Shown here one piece after another: positions 1 to 11,889 of a stretch of 64,000 nt of DNA. The translations under genes and the position numbers were made by a program. The DNA comes from Octopus vulgaris (lineage: Eukaryota): positions 18,228,001 to 18,292,000 of the forward strand of contig OX597822.1 of the NCBI GenBank assembly GCA_951406725.2. Direction: 5' to 3'. The notes under the pieces were generated by a model, which saw only the letters and a program-made list of their open reading frames with translations, was not told the origin of the DNA and made no database searches. Numbering within the stretch: the first letter of the stretch is position 1; the number at the start of each line of letters is the position of its first letter.

Positions 1-1902
1 AAAGCATTGTTTTGAGTTGACTGTGTGTCTTGTGTGTGGAATGGAAATAATGGTTTACTGGTTTCCCTTCTGGGTTAACATGAAATATCATTACCAATGC
101 CTTCATTTTAGAGTTTCATAAAGCCATGATCCCTGTGACACTTTTATTATTTAACGAGAAAATCACTTATACCTTCGTTTAAATAATGTTCTCTTTCATT
201 TCATCCTTCCTGAATTTTCTCAGCTCAATCTACAATAACGGTATATGTAGTCTTTAAATCTCTGAAAGGATTATTTGATTTAAGAGTCTTCACTTCAGAT
301 TTTCTACTCACATTTTGCCAGTTGTCTCTCTGGACAGTATACTTATTTCTAGATACTTCAGTTTACCAAACTGTCAGAATGGTTATCAGGCTTTTCAGGA
401 AAAGTTTACTTGCTGTAAACCAATGAAGTATCAAGTAAGAAGAAAATTCCTCATATTGCATCTATTTAATGTTGCTGAAATCAAACTTAAATTCTTGGCC
501 TGTGAATTATTGTGGTTTCTGAAATATTAACTTCTGAATATGAGAGTTCTTAATAAAATTCTGTTGCTAGGCCTTTAAGAGAACTGTGATAAGAGTAGAG
601 AAATGAGAATAGAGCCTCAGTAAATACTTTGCAAGCACTAAATTCTTCATGGAACCCACTTGTAAGATTCTTGACATCTTATTTGAAACATTATGTTACC
701 ATTCCATACAAACGTTCGCATAAAACTCCACTAAAACATTTCCCTTAGTTGTGAGGAATTTATTTGTAGAATTCAGTTTTTCCTATTTTTTATTTCTATT
801 TCCATATCTGAGTAATTAATTAATCTGTTTATGTAGTCAATTTGAATTAAATTTGTGTGATTGTCTCAACTAATTAGTATATGAAAGGTTTTTGTTTCTC
901 TCAGTCTGTAATTAAGGTTTATTATTTTGTAATTGCAGTAACTTAAGTACAGCTAAGAAAAGAACATCGATAATGTTCATCTGATGACATAGGTTTGTTT
1001 GAGTTGAAGCTTATTGAAGGAAAATAGCTTTGTTCTATGCTTTGAAAAAAATTGGTGGAAAGGTTAAAAAAGAGAGAGAGAGAGAGAAATAAAGAAGCCA
1101 AGAAAAAAGATATACTTAAATATTGTTGTTTACTTTCAATTGAGGTTATGTGTTTCACTTTCTTACTGATGGAAGAAAGAAAATGGTTACTTAACCATAT
1201 AATCTACCTTTCTGCATCTGAAATGACTACAAGCTGTTTAGAATATAATGAGCTGTTTTGCATCTCATTTTGCTACAAAACACAACATTCTTAATTATCT
1301 TCAGCAGGAATCAAGGAATAAATTAGATTTTCCTTCTTTTTCTTTTTTTTTTTTTTGTTACTTGATTAGTTGATAATAATATATATTATTTGTCAAAATA
1401 GGGTGACAATGAGGAAAATTTAAGACATCCTGTCGTTGCAGTATTTGTTATAATCTCACTTCTTATTTGTCTGTGGGAGATGATTTCTTATATCAAATGT
1501 CTTTGATATGAGCCAAGTTTCTAGATTAGAGTAACTTGAGTATGTAAAGAGTTTTTAAACATTAATCTCTAATAATATAATCTCTGATAATGCCATAAAC
1601 CAGTCTGTTAAAGCAATGTTCATGAGTAATCAATTTTTTAAAAATTATTTCTTGGAAACTTGGTCTTAAATCTTTTAACATTTACTCATAAATGCTAACA
1701 TGAACCAATAAGTCATATTTAATATTCTGTGATATTTTCTTGTGATTATACATTTCAAATAAGATAATTTCATTAATCTTTTAATTTTGATTTAATTTGA
1801 TTTTTAAAAAAAAATTATTTTACTGTTGCAGCATGGAAGGTGTTTATAAGCCATTTAAGAAACACACAAAACCGTTAGATTCACTTCAACATTTAAATTT
1901 AA

Positions 1903-1953
1903 TTTGTCAAAATATTTTCGTCGCTTTGAGACCACGACCTGTTCACTGACAAA
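1903..1953 (-). ncRNA. Hammerhead-topology RNA motif with non-canonical core
   Basis: Minus strand reads TTTGTCA-GTGAACAG-GTCGT(ggtctcaaa)GCGAC-GAAA-ATATTT-TGACAAA: stem I, stem II, GAAA and palindromic stem III are present, but the core is GUGAACAG rather than CUGANGA. Confidence 0.35.
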
Positions 1954-3537
1954 ACTTCGTGCTAATATACTTTTTTTCAAAAATTTATGAGCATCTTAGA
2001 TGAAACGCAATATATAATCAACTTGTGGCCACAAGTTCAATTCATACCATTGTTAGTTAAAGAAGCCAAAATATTTCATGGAACAAACTGCAAAATAGGG
2101 AATTGGCAAAATTATTAAAGTATCAGAGAGAGTATCTTACAGTGTTTGTTTGGGGTCTTGAGTTCAAATGCAGTTGAGGTAAAGTTTGCATTTTATTTGT
2201 ACAAGTTCATAAAAAGTAGTATGGGTCAGATGGAGTCGAGGCAAATAATCTATGGCCATTTGTCCTTCTAGTCATCATACCTCATCTATTTTCAGGTCAG
2301 GTGATATTTCCTCATGGCTAGACATGTTCTGGCAGAATATTAGAAAGGAACAACACTGCATATGTGACAGGGATACTCATTTACAACTATCACACGTTGT
2401 TAAGACAAGGAGACACACACACACACAATTACACATATTGCAGTGGGCTTCTTTTAGTTTCCCTCTACCAAATCTGACCACAATTCTTTGGTTGGCCCAG
2501 AGCAGATATTTACCCAAGGTACTACATTGAGAAATTGAACCCAAAATCATATGGTTTCAAAGCACAATTCCTCAACCACAAAGCTATGCCAGTTCTAGAC
2601 ACATCAGAATGGTCACAGTTGCAACACTATTGATCATAGATATTGGCCTAATCATTCAGGACTTTTCTGGAGCTAGAAACAACAACATACAGGTATAAAT
2701 ATTTCAATATTGAAAATTAATCAGTATGACAGTAAGTTTAGCCGATATTACCTTTGTCTATAAAAATACCCTTCTATCTTCCTCTCTGCCCATCCATCAG
2801 AGTATCTATCTTTCTGTCTCTGTATTTATCTCTCTATTAAACGAAATAAGGAAATGGTGATACATTGTGTGATATTTAAGAAATCTTGTTTAAAATTCTT
2901 TCAACTTTGACAGTTGATGCAAATTGTTTAAAATAACGCCATGTCTATCATGAATTTCGTTGTTTTCATTTGTTTTTCTTGTTTTGTTCTCCACCCCACC
3001 CCCGTGTTTTTTTTCTTTTTGTTCTTTAAATGAAGCAATTTGAGCAAACTTGTCAGACAGTTTTTCACAATAAATATTATAGAAGTGTGTGTTGTGTTTG
3101 TGTGTATGCACATACATATACTTATGTTTGTGTGTTTATGTGTGTATGTTTGTAATGTGTGTATATGTATGTGTACATACTCACCCACATGTTTGTGTAA
3201 ATATATTTACACACATACACACATGTGCACTTGCGCACACACACTCACACATCTTTCTCATGAAAACATTTACACAAACTTTTATTCCACTTTTATAACA
3301 GAGAAGCTCATTTGTTGCCCACGTGTATAGAAATATATTCATAATCTAGGCTGTATGCCATCACTGTCTGTTCAGAGGCTTATTCTCAGAACCCTACCTT
3401 TCTCTTGTGTATGTGTCTCTCTCTCTCTCTTTCTCTCTCTCATGTACTTGTGTTCGTTTATGCAAAATGAATTGAGAAAATGTATATGTACAGAAACATA
3501 CTATTTATGTGTATATATATGTGTGTGCCTGTATGTC

Positions 3538-3663
3538 AAGGGCATCCAGCTGTAGAAACACTGCCAGATCAGACTGGAGCTTGGTGCAGCCTCCTGGCTT
3601 CCCAGACACCGGTCGAACCGTCCAACCCATGGAAAACAGACGTTAAACGATGATGATGATGAT
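3538..3663 (+). mobile_element. RTE LINE 3' terminal fragment with (GAT)n tail
   Basis: AAGGGCATCCAGCTGTAGAAAC...GACGTTAAACGATGATG matches the 3' end of the RTE copy at 5582-7467. Confidence 0.8.
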
Positions 3664-3769
3664 ATATATATATACATACACATTCTATTATTCTATTATA
3701 TGTTTCAGCCCTAAAGCTGTTGCCATGCTGGAGCACCATCAGTGTAATCACCTTTTAATTGACCAATTC

Positions 3770-4162
3770 TATGTGATTGGCTTTTGGTGAAGGAGGGAGT
3801 TTGACACTGTTGTTCTGTTTTGAGTTTCCTACTTTGATATTGGTTCATCTAGGATCTTGAATAGCAAGAGGTAAAGCTGTTTCTTGAAAACATATACCCC
3901 TACTCCATGGAGATCCCTCAGATGTTTTAGCAAGGTATTACGTAGCTGTGGGACCTTGAATCCCAAGCTATAGTACATGGTCCTCACCATAGATGAGACA
4001 GCCAAGCCTTTTGGAATGGTGCAGTGGCGTCCAATTCAAGGTCTGGTACAATTCTCAATTCCAAAATTTGGCACGATCCCCTCCAGTATCTTCCACACAT
4101 ATATCACTGCATACCTTTCTCGTCTTTGCTCCAGGGAGTAGAGTTGTAGCTCTTTCAGTCTA
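3770..4162 (-). mobile_element. CR1/L2-group LINE ORF2 C-terminal remnant
   Basis: Minus-strand peptides RLKELQLYSLEQRRERYAVIYVWKILEG and approximately LRNTLLKHLRDL..FKKQL..ILDEP resemble CR1-group ORF2 C-termini; frameshifted. Confidence 0.65.
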
Positions 4163-4179
4163 TACACACACACAGATGC

Positions 4180-4214
<35 letters not shown>

Positions 4215-5202
4215 TGTGCATTCAAAGCCATTGAACTGCAATGATGACTCCGGTTTGACTTTGAATCTCTTTAACAATTCAAAATAATGAATTTAATTCC
4301 TCTTAATTCTATCTCAGTTCATCTAATTGTATTTATTTATCATTACTTTTCATAAAAAAGCCTTTATTTTTTTAATATTTAACGTGCATTTTCGATTTTT
4401 TTCTTCTTCTTACTTTCTCCATATCTTTTCCATGTGTATTTCTATTTTCTGTTTGAAACATATAAATATGTTTAGGAGTGTTAGTTTTCTTACCATAATA
4501 GGTACGTTGTATTACAAATACATTTTTTTTAATAATCCATTATTGTTTATCATGTTTTATCGAACTCTTTTTGAACACAGGTACTTTTGTGTATGAATAC
4601 AAATATTAATATATTAATCATACAATTACATATTTATATTTTTTTTTCCACATTTAATTACTACACAGTTATTTACATATATTTATTATGTATATACATG
4701 TGAATATGCATAAGCATGTATGCAAAATTAGATAATTAATATATGTACCTATATATACAAGTATTCTAATGTATTTATTTATATGTCACATATGTATATA
4801 TAAATATTTCTATGATTTTATTCCTTTTCCATTTTTTTACTCATTGATTTGCACACCTGTAAACCTAAGTACTTAATCTATTAGATAAATCCTTTTTTTA
4901 CTCTTAATAACTTCTACTTATTGCTAATCTCTATAATCATAAACTGTAAATATATTTACCCCAATATTAATATGATACTTATATACATGGGAAATTACTA
5001 TTTATTATATATCTCTTTACACCTTCTAACTATTATCTAGAGTATATTAATACATATTTACTTCCCCATTAAATATGCACCCTATCCCCCCCCCCCCCAC
5101 TTAAAATTTTATACCAAACTTATCCATATAACAATGCTTAGGTTTGCTGTAATATTCTGTATACTTAACACCTAATAATAAATTGGTATATCTTTCTTTC
5201 TG

Positions 5203-5285
5203 CCTCTAACGAGATTCTGCTTTATAAAATCATTTAATTATTAAAATTATAATCGTTAAAGTATGAATCAAAACAGCTGTTAGGG
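5203..5285 (+). ncRNA. Decayed type I hammerhead motif at the end of an AT-rich probable PLE 3' remnant (~4250-5350)
   Basis: CCT-CTAACGA-GATTCTGCTTTA...TAAAGTATGAATC-AAAAC-AGCT-GTT-AGG; two G>A changes from CTGACGA and GAAAC; long stem II and palindromic AGCT loop are retained. Confidence 0.55.
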
Positions 5286-5372
5286 ATTATGTTTAGTTTT
5301 GCAGTTAATAAAGATACTTAATTGATTTATCTACATTTTCTTATTTGTCTGATATATATATCAGGAAGGGCT

Positions 5373-5515
5373 TTGGCGTTAGGAAGGGCATCCAGCTGTA
5401 GAAACACTGCCAGATCTGACTGGCCTGGTGCAGCCTCCTGGCTTCCCAGACCCCAGTTGAACCGTCCAACCCATGCTAGCATGGAAAGCGGACGTTAAAC
5501 GATGATGATGATGAT
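5373..5515 (+). mobile_element. RTE LINE 3' terminal fragment
   Basis: TTGGCGTTAGGAAGGGCATCCAGC...GGACGTTAAACGATGATG; inverted relative to 5582-5736. Confidence 0.85.
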
Positions 5516-5755
5516 ATATATAACATATATATATGTAGGAAAATGTTTTCAACAACACATTTTCCTATATATATATATATATCATCATCATCATCATCAT
5601 CATCATTGTTTAGTGTCCGCTTTCCATGCTAGCATGGGTTGGACAGTTCAACTGGGGTCTGGGAAGCCAGAAGGCTGCACCAGGCCCAGTTTGATCTGGC
5701 AATGTTTCTACGGCTGGATGCCTTTCCTTACGCCAACCACTCCATGAGTGTAGTG

Positions 5756-6036
5756 GGTGCTTTTTACGTGCCACCGGCACAGTTGCCAGACAGGTCTGGC
5801 AAACAGCCACGATCGAATGGTGCTTTTTATGTGCCACTGGTACGGGGTCAAGGCGAGGCTGGCAATGGCCACGAACGGATGGTGCCTTTTACATGCCACT
5901 TGCACGAGGCCAGTCGGGGCGGGTCTGGCAACGGCCACAAACGGATGGTGCTTTTTACGTGCCACCGGCACAAGGCCAGTCGGGTTGGCACTGGCAACGG
6001 CCACGTTTGGATGGTTCTCTTACGTGCCACCGGCAC
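5756..6036 (-). repeat. Five ~62-66 bp tandem units in the RTE 3'UTR (core GTGCCGGTGGCACGTAAAAAGCACC)
   Basis: Plus-strand core GGTGCTTTTTACGTGCCACCGGCAC or variants at 5756, 5819, 5881, 5947 and 6013. Confidence 0.9.
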
Positions 6037-6284
6037 TGGTAACTTCCATTGATCGATTTCGATTCTGTTTCTCACTTGCCTCAACAGGTCTTCACAAGTA
6101 GAGTTTTGTGTCCCAAGAAGAGAAGGTATGCATAAGTCGACTGGCTACATCCCGTGTAGAAGGCCACGGGTTATGGTCTCACTTGTCCTGCCGGGTCTTC
6201 TCACGCACAGCATACTTCCAGAGGTCTCGGTCTCTAGTCATTTCCTCAGTGAGACCTAAAGTTCGAAGGTCGTGCTTCACCACC

Positions 6285-7283
6285 TCATCCCAGGCCCTTC
6301 AATTCTAATCCTTGCTTCCACACCTGAAACTTCTCCTCCAGTTCTGGTAGTGACTCAGCAATTAGAGCAAGGTCATCAGCATAGAGGAGCTCCCAAAGGC
6401 ATCCTGTCTTGAACTCCTCCGTTATTGCCTGGAGGACTATGATAAATTGGAGGGGGCTGAGGACTGAGCCTTGGTGGAATCCTACTTCTACCCGGAATTC
6501 TTCACTGTACTCGTTGCCAACCCTCACCTTACTAGCAGTGTCCCTGTACATGGCTCGCACAGCTCTCACTAATCATTCATCTATCCCTAGTTTCCTCATT
6601 GACCACCAGATAAGAGATTGGGGGACCCTGTCGAAGGCTTTCTCCATGTCAACAAAAGCCAGGTACAGGGGCCTAGCTTTGGGTAGGTATTTCTCCTGCA
6701 GCTGCCTTACCAGGAATATAGCATCAGTGGTACTTTTCCCTGGCACGAACCCAAACTGCATCTCATCTAAACTAACTCTCTCTCTAATTAGTTGGGCTAT
6801 GACCCTCTCCGTAACCTTCATTACCTGATCCAACAGCTTGATACCTCTGTAATTATTTGTATCTAGGGCGTCACCTTTACCTTTGTAGCAGTTGACTATT
6901 ATGCTGCTACACCAGTCATTGGGTATGACTCCTTTGTGTATCACCTGATTAACTATATGGGTGACTAGGCTATAGCCGACACTACCAGCTATTTTGAGCA
7001 TCTCTGCAGTGATTCCTGATGGGCTTGGGGCTTTCCCTGTCTTCATGCTTCTAATTGCCTTAACTACCAAGGAACTGTCAACTCGGATAGCTGGTCCCTC
7101 TCTTGGGTCGACATTCGGCAGACTCTCTTTATCCCATTCATTCAGCAACCTTTCATAGTGGCGTCTCCAAACCTCTCTCTTTGCATCCTCATTTAGTGCA
7201 AGTGAACCATCTTCCATGCGAACACGCTTCTCTCCTACCACATCACAATTCTCTCTCACACACTGTCTTGCAACACGAAACAC
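6285..7283 (-). pseudogene. RTE reverse transcriptase, disrupted
   Basis: ORFs 6573-7283 and 6285-6569 are consecutive RT segments split by a stop; a deletion at ~6292 removes the later RT region. Confidence 0.9.
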
Positions 7284-7489
7284 CTCCAGTTTTTGGTCCT
7301 CACAGCGCAGAACATTGGCAAATTTTTTCTTATCTGCTTCCCCTCTGGCTAGATAGACTTATCTCCTAGCTTCCCCTTTGGCAGTCTGATACAATTCCCT
7401 GCAACCACCATTCTTCCAGTGCTTCCAAGTCTGTCTCTTTTCTCTAATAGCCCTGTCTACAACACTGAATGTATATATATGTATATATA

Positions 7490-7539
<50 letters not shown>

Positions 7540-7815
7540 TCAAAAAGGGGGTCGAATTAATTAATTGTTAATAAATTCGACCAAGCAGTATTCGGTATGT
7601 AAAGACCATTTACGGTATATTTGAAGTATTGATTTATAAAAATATGGTAAAGGAAAAGAATTCACTTTACCACATACCGAATTTTTCAGAAATAGCAGCC
7701 AAAAATTTGGCTATTTCTTCAACTGCAAATAAAAGTCTCCAGACAATGCATACTCAGAAAAATAACTCACATAGTATAAGGGAAAAACAATGAAAGATCA
7801 CATCCATATACGATA

Positions 7816-7877
7816 CCCGAGGACAGTCTGTTTCTGGATTTGTGGGTAAAACGCCACTTTTCCTTCATCAGCTCAGA
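7816..7877 (-). ncRNA. Type I hammerhead ribozyme motif
   Basis: TCTGAG-CTGATGA-AGGAaaaGTGG..CCACaaaTCCA-GAAAC-AGACT-GTC-CTCGGG; stem I UCUGAG/CUCGGG; GUC cleavage triplet. Confidence 0.8.
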
Positions 7878-7967
7878 GATTTCTTCTGATTTAGATTTGA
7901 AAATACTAAGAATCAAACACGGGTATGTTTGATTCTTAGTATTTTCAAATCTAAATCAGAAGAAATC

Positions 7968-8029
7968 TCTGACCTGATGAAGGAAAAGTGGCGTTTTACC
8001 CACAAATCCAGAAACAGACTGTCCTCGGG
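7968..8029 (+). ncRNA. Type I hammerhead ribozyme motif (mirror copy)
   Basis: Same motif on the other arm, with one stem I mismatch (TCTGAC). Confidence 0.75.
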
Positions 8030-8216
8030 TATCGTATATGGATGTGATCTTTCATTGTTTTTCCCTTATACCTATGTGAGTTATTTTTCTGAGTATGCAT
8101 TGTCTGGAGACTTTTATTTGCAGTTGAAGAAATAGCCAAATTTTTGGCTGCTATTTCTGAAAAGTTCGGTGTGTGGTAAAGTGAATTCTTTTCCTTTACC
8201 ATATTTTTATAAATCA

Positions 8217-8219
<3 letters not shown>

Positions 8220-8256
<37 letters not shown>

Positions 8257-8324
8257 GTATGTATATATATATATATGTATGTATATATATATATATGTAT
8301 GTATATATATATATATGTATGTAT

Positions 8325-8358
<34 letters not shown>

Positions 8359-8405
8359 GTATATATATATGTATGTATGTATGTATATATATATATATGT
8401 ATGTA

Positions 8406-8439
<34 letters not shown>

Positions 8440-8446
8440 TGTATAT
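8220..8446. repeat. Compound (TA)n/(TATG)n microsatellite
   Basis: Direct inspection. Confidence 0.95.
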
Positions 8447-8800
8447 CATCTTCATTTAGCGTCTGCTTTCCATGCTAGCATGGGTTGGACGGTTCAATTG
8501 GGGTCTGTGAAGCCAGAAGGCTGCATCAGGCCCAGTCTGATCTGGCAGTGTTTCTACGGCTGGATGCCCTTCCTAACGCCAACCACTCCATGAGTGTAGT
8601 GGATGCTTTTTACGTGCCACCTGCACAGGTGCCAGACGTAGCTGGCAAACGGCCACGGACGGATGGTGCTTTTTACGTGCCACAGGCACGAGGGCCAGGC
8701 GAGGCTGGCAACGGCCATGAACGGATGGTGCTTTTTACATGCCACCAGCACGGAGGCCAGTCGGGGCGGCGCGGGCAACGGCAACAATCAGATGGTTCAC
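8447..8800 (-). mobile_element. RTE 3'UTR fragment with three tandem units
   Basis: Homologous to 5582-5960. Confidence 0.85.
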
Positions 8801-8810
8801 TCACTTGTCA

Positions 8811-8844
<34 letters not shown>

Positions 8845-8924
8845 GTATGTATGTATATATATATATATCTATATATATAGACACACACATAGACTTACAT
8901 ATATACATACATATACTTACAATT

Positions 8925-9080
8925 GATTTCTTTCAGTTTCTGTCTACAAAATCCACTGACAAGGCTTTGGTTGGTCTGAGGCTATAGCAGAAGACACATG
9001 CCAAGTTACCACACAATGGGACTGAACTGAGGACCATGTGTTTTGGAACCAAGGTTGTTACCACACAGCCACACCTGTAC
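8925..9080 (-). mobile_element. tRNA-derived SINE head
   Basis: Minus strand GGTGTGGCTGTGTGGTAA...AGTTCAGTCCC (A/B-box-like); related copies at ~15.7-15.87, 25.5, 31.7 and 48.8 kb. Confidence 0.7.
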
Positions 9081-9498
9081 CTATGTATGTGTGTGTGTGT
9101 GTGTGGGTGGGTGGGTGTATGTATGTTTGTATGGGTGTATATATGTATGCATGTATATATGTGTGTACATATTACATGTACATCTATATAAATATACATC
9201 TAGACATACATGTATATCTATGGAAATACATCTATACATATACAGCTATATATATATACATATATATATATATACATCCATATATATATACATGTATATA
9301 TAAATAGATGAGTGTATTTTTACCTTGTTAACAATTAACACGGAAAAATAAATAAATAGTTACCAGGGCAGCAAAAATCTCACAAGTAAAGATGTTGTAA
9401 CTCCTTGTTTATAAAGGTTGAAACTTCGTGTTTACGTTGAATATTTTGAATAATATGAATAAAAAATGGAGTTAACGCAGGTTTAAACAAGTATTTTT

Positions 9499-9584
9499 AC
9501 TTTCGACACATGTTTCGAAAATTCCACTGATACTATTCAAAAGAATAAATGGTATAAACAATGCAATCTTCTCTTCGGGAAAGT
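9499..9584 (-). ncRNA. Hammerhead motif in the PLE pseudo-LTR (CCGAAGA core variant)
   Basis: ACTTTC-CCGAAGA-GAAGATT...AATTTTC-GAAAC-ATGT-GTC-GAAAGT. Confidence 0.72.
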
Positions 9585-9787
9585 GAAAAAAACGAAACTC
9601 GTCAATACAACATTTTAGCAAAATATGATGGATTTGTATAGTGATAGACAGAATGCTATTAATATTGTTTAAAAAAAAATGTTATATGATATAACGTCAT
9701 AAGTAGCTAACAGAAAGAGTAGGGATATTAATAGTGAATGTTAAATATAAAGGAAATTAAAGTTTAAATTATATATAATGATAGAGA

Positions 9788-11700
9788 CTACTTATATGCA
9801 CTAAATGTATGTTTCTGCCAATGCTTACATCTGTATGCTCGTTCTATAACCGTGTTTAGTAGAGTATTTTTAGAAAAAATAATGAAAAATAGCTCAGAAT
9901 TGCAGAGAAGACAGAATTTCTTGCCTTTGTCATATGGTATCGAAATTGAGAGGATCAATCATTCTAAATGAAATTGTTCATTGTGGTCTTTTAAATCCCA
10001 AATCAGTTTGCTGAGACTGGTACTATTCCGTTTATTTCTATCCCTAAATGTTGAGTAATGGATAGAAATTCTTTTAGATAACTCTAACGATGTGCTTCCA
10101 ATGTAAAATCATACTTTATTACGAGTACTGATTATACACTGGTATATAGAATTTTTAATCTTAGAGTTACTTGACATAAATTTAATTCTATTGGAATTGA
10201 CTTCAGATACAATAACCTTGTTATTAATATTTCTAGAGGGTTGGATGGTATTAGCTAAATTAATGTTAGTATTAGTAAATGTATTAATATTTAACAGTTT
10301 GTTATTATGAGAAGATATAATTTGCAAGAGATTTTTTGTGTTTGAAAAACCTATCCTAACCTTATGTGAATTAATTATAGAGTAATATCTAGAATTGTTT
10401 GGAAAATTCCTAGCAATAGCTTGACGAAACAGCAGTGGGAGATTAGATTTAATTTGTCTCCCGTAAGGAATTATTAACCAAATATTTTTACTAGTATTCA
10501 TAGCGTAATTACTTCTGAAGGTGTTATATTTACTTTTAGATCGATAATAGGGGATTAAATAAGGGTTATCTGCCTTCATTCGCTCTGTATCGGTGTGTAA
10601 GTTATGTTTGTTATCAATAATTCTTTTATGACTAGAAATCTTATCTACATTATTGAATTTACAATTAGACTGAGCAGAATCAATGTAGAAATTTTTTCTG
10701 TATAACCTGCTTTGATTAAGGCAGAGTTATAGAATTCAGCGTTATTATCAACATTAGCAGATAATTTAGATAATCTAAATGAAATATTCCTAACTAAATT
10801 CTTAGTAATTGCTCCAGGATGATTACTAAATTTGCTAATGTACTTAAGATTGGTCAACGGTTTAGGATATGGGAAGTAAGAGTCACTGTGTAAATTAAGC
10901 GTAATATCTAAAAAGTTGGCCTTTGTCATATCGTCATCAAAAACGATTTTTAAGCCCATTCTACTGAAAAAATTAACTAAACTATTCTTAACTTTTTGTA
11001 CCTTTTGGTTGGAAACATTTTGGAGGTAAAGTAAACAATCATCACGATATAGACCTCCATAAATGTTAGGGAACTCTTCAGCCATTTCAAAAAGAATATA
11101 TATACAGACCAAATCAGCTATCTGTGCTGAATCAGAACTTCCCATTGGTATATTGAAACTATCTGGTGTGTCTTTACGGACCCACAACTTATCAAATTTA
11201 ATAATAGATCTTCTGGCTGCCAACACAACATTAATTTCTTCTCAGGTGAGACCAGCTTTGTTATGAGCAAGCCAAAGTACCTTATTAAGTACTATTGGAT
11301 TAATAGACGAATAAAAATTGGAGATATCAAACTGGATAAACTTAGTACTCACCTTACTGTTAATAGACCTAAACCAGTCAACTACTTCAAATGAATTAGT
11401 CCATAAACTAAGTTTTAATGTTTTGATTAAATTAGGAATATATTTATCTAGTATATTTTTACTAAGGATACCGATGTCAGAGCTAGAAGGGCAGATAAGC
11501 CTTAATGATGGGTTAGTAAAAAAATTTGGTTTGTGATCCTTCAAAATGAACCGAGGTTGCTTAGGAACAAGTGGTTCTGTCTTCATTTGTAGGTTATATT
11601 TCTCCATGATTTTCATAGCCTCAATGTTGGCTTTCTTAAGTATTCTTTTATCAGCAATTTTATACTTTTTCTGAATTTCTTTTTTAAGTAATTCCAAATA
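9788..11700 (-). pseudogene. PLE RT plus GIY-YIG endonuclease ORF, disrupted
   Basis: Reads as one frame once TGA stops at 11242, 10109 and 9959 and a frameshift near 10690 are bridged; C-terminus SIYQCII..FYIGST..STSLSKLIWDLK..FCLLCNSE..LLN..CKH. Confidence 0.88.
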
Positions 11701-11803
11701 ATATAACATTTTTTTTTAAACAATATTAATAGCGTTCTGTCTATTGCTATACAAATCCATCATTTTTTGCTAAAATGTCGTATTGACGAGTTTCGTTTTT
11801 TTC

Positions 11804-11889
11804 ACTTTCCCGAAGAGAAGATTGCCTTGTTTATACCATTTATTCTTTTGAATAGTATCAGTGGAATTTTCGAAACATGTGTCGAAAGT
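11804..11889 (+). ncRNA. Hammerhead motif in the inverted pseudo-LTR (CCGAAGA core variant)
   Basis: Same motif; 6-bp stem I ACUUUC/GAAAGU; GUC triplet. Confidence 0.72.

Larger units (their letters stand above)
5582..7467 (-). mobile_element. RTE-clade non-LTR retrotransposon, 5'-truncated and internally deleted
   Basis: RT motifs NYRGIKLL, QFGFVPGKSTTDAIF, AFVDMEKAFDRV, QGSVLSP and YADD; C-terminus WDEVVKHDLRTLGLTEEMTRDRDLWKYAV; 3'UTR with tandem repeats and a (GAT)n tail. Confidence 0.93.
7536..8219. mobile_element. Fold-back PLE-derived insertion (~293-bp inverted arms, 6-nt loop) in (TA)n
   Basis: 7627-7919 is the reverse complement of 7926-8219 with about 4 differences; loop CGGGTA; ~90-bp unpaired tail at 7536-7626; TA tracts on both sides. 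Confidence 0.85.

Noticed and set aside
5756-6036. CRISPR-like repeat-spacer pattern
   Set aside because: The linkers are homologous to each other, there are no cas genes, the context is eukaryotic, and the array lies in an RTE 3'UTR.
6409-6828. 139-aa plus-strand ORF
   Set aside because: Antisense shadow of the RTE reverse transcriptase.
8169-9307. Many YI/YM/CV/HT-rich ORFs here and across the window (e.g. 42373-48342)
   Set aside because: Translations of stop-poor microsatellites.
9788-11700. Selenocysteine recoding: all three in-frame stops are TGA, and some Naiad PLEs are reported to be selenoproteins
   Set aside because: The TGAs do not fall at apparent Cys positions (one is at a probable Trp), the Cys codons are TGT/TGC and a frameshift is also present. 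Ordinary TGG/CGA-to-TGA decay suffices; a family consensus would settle it.
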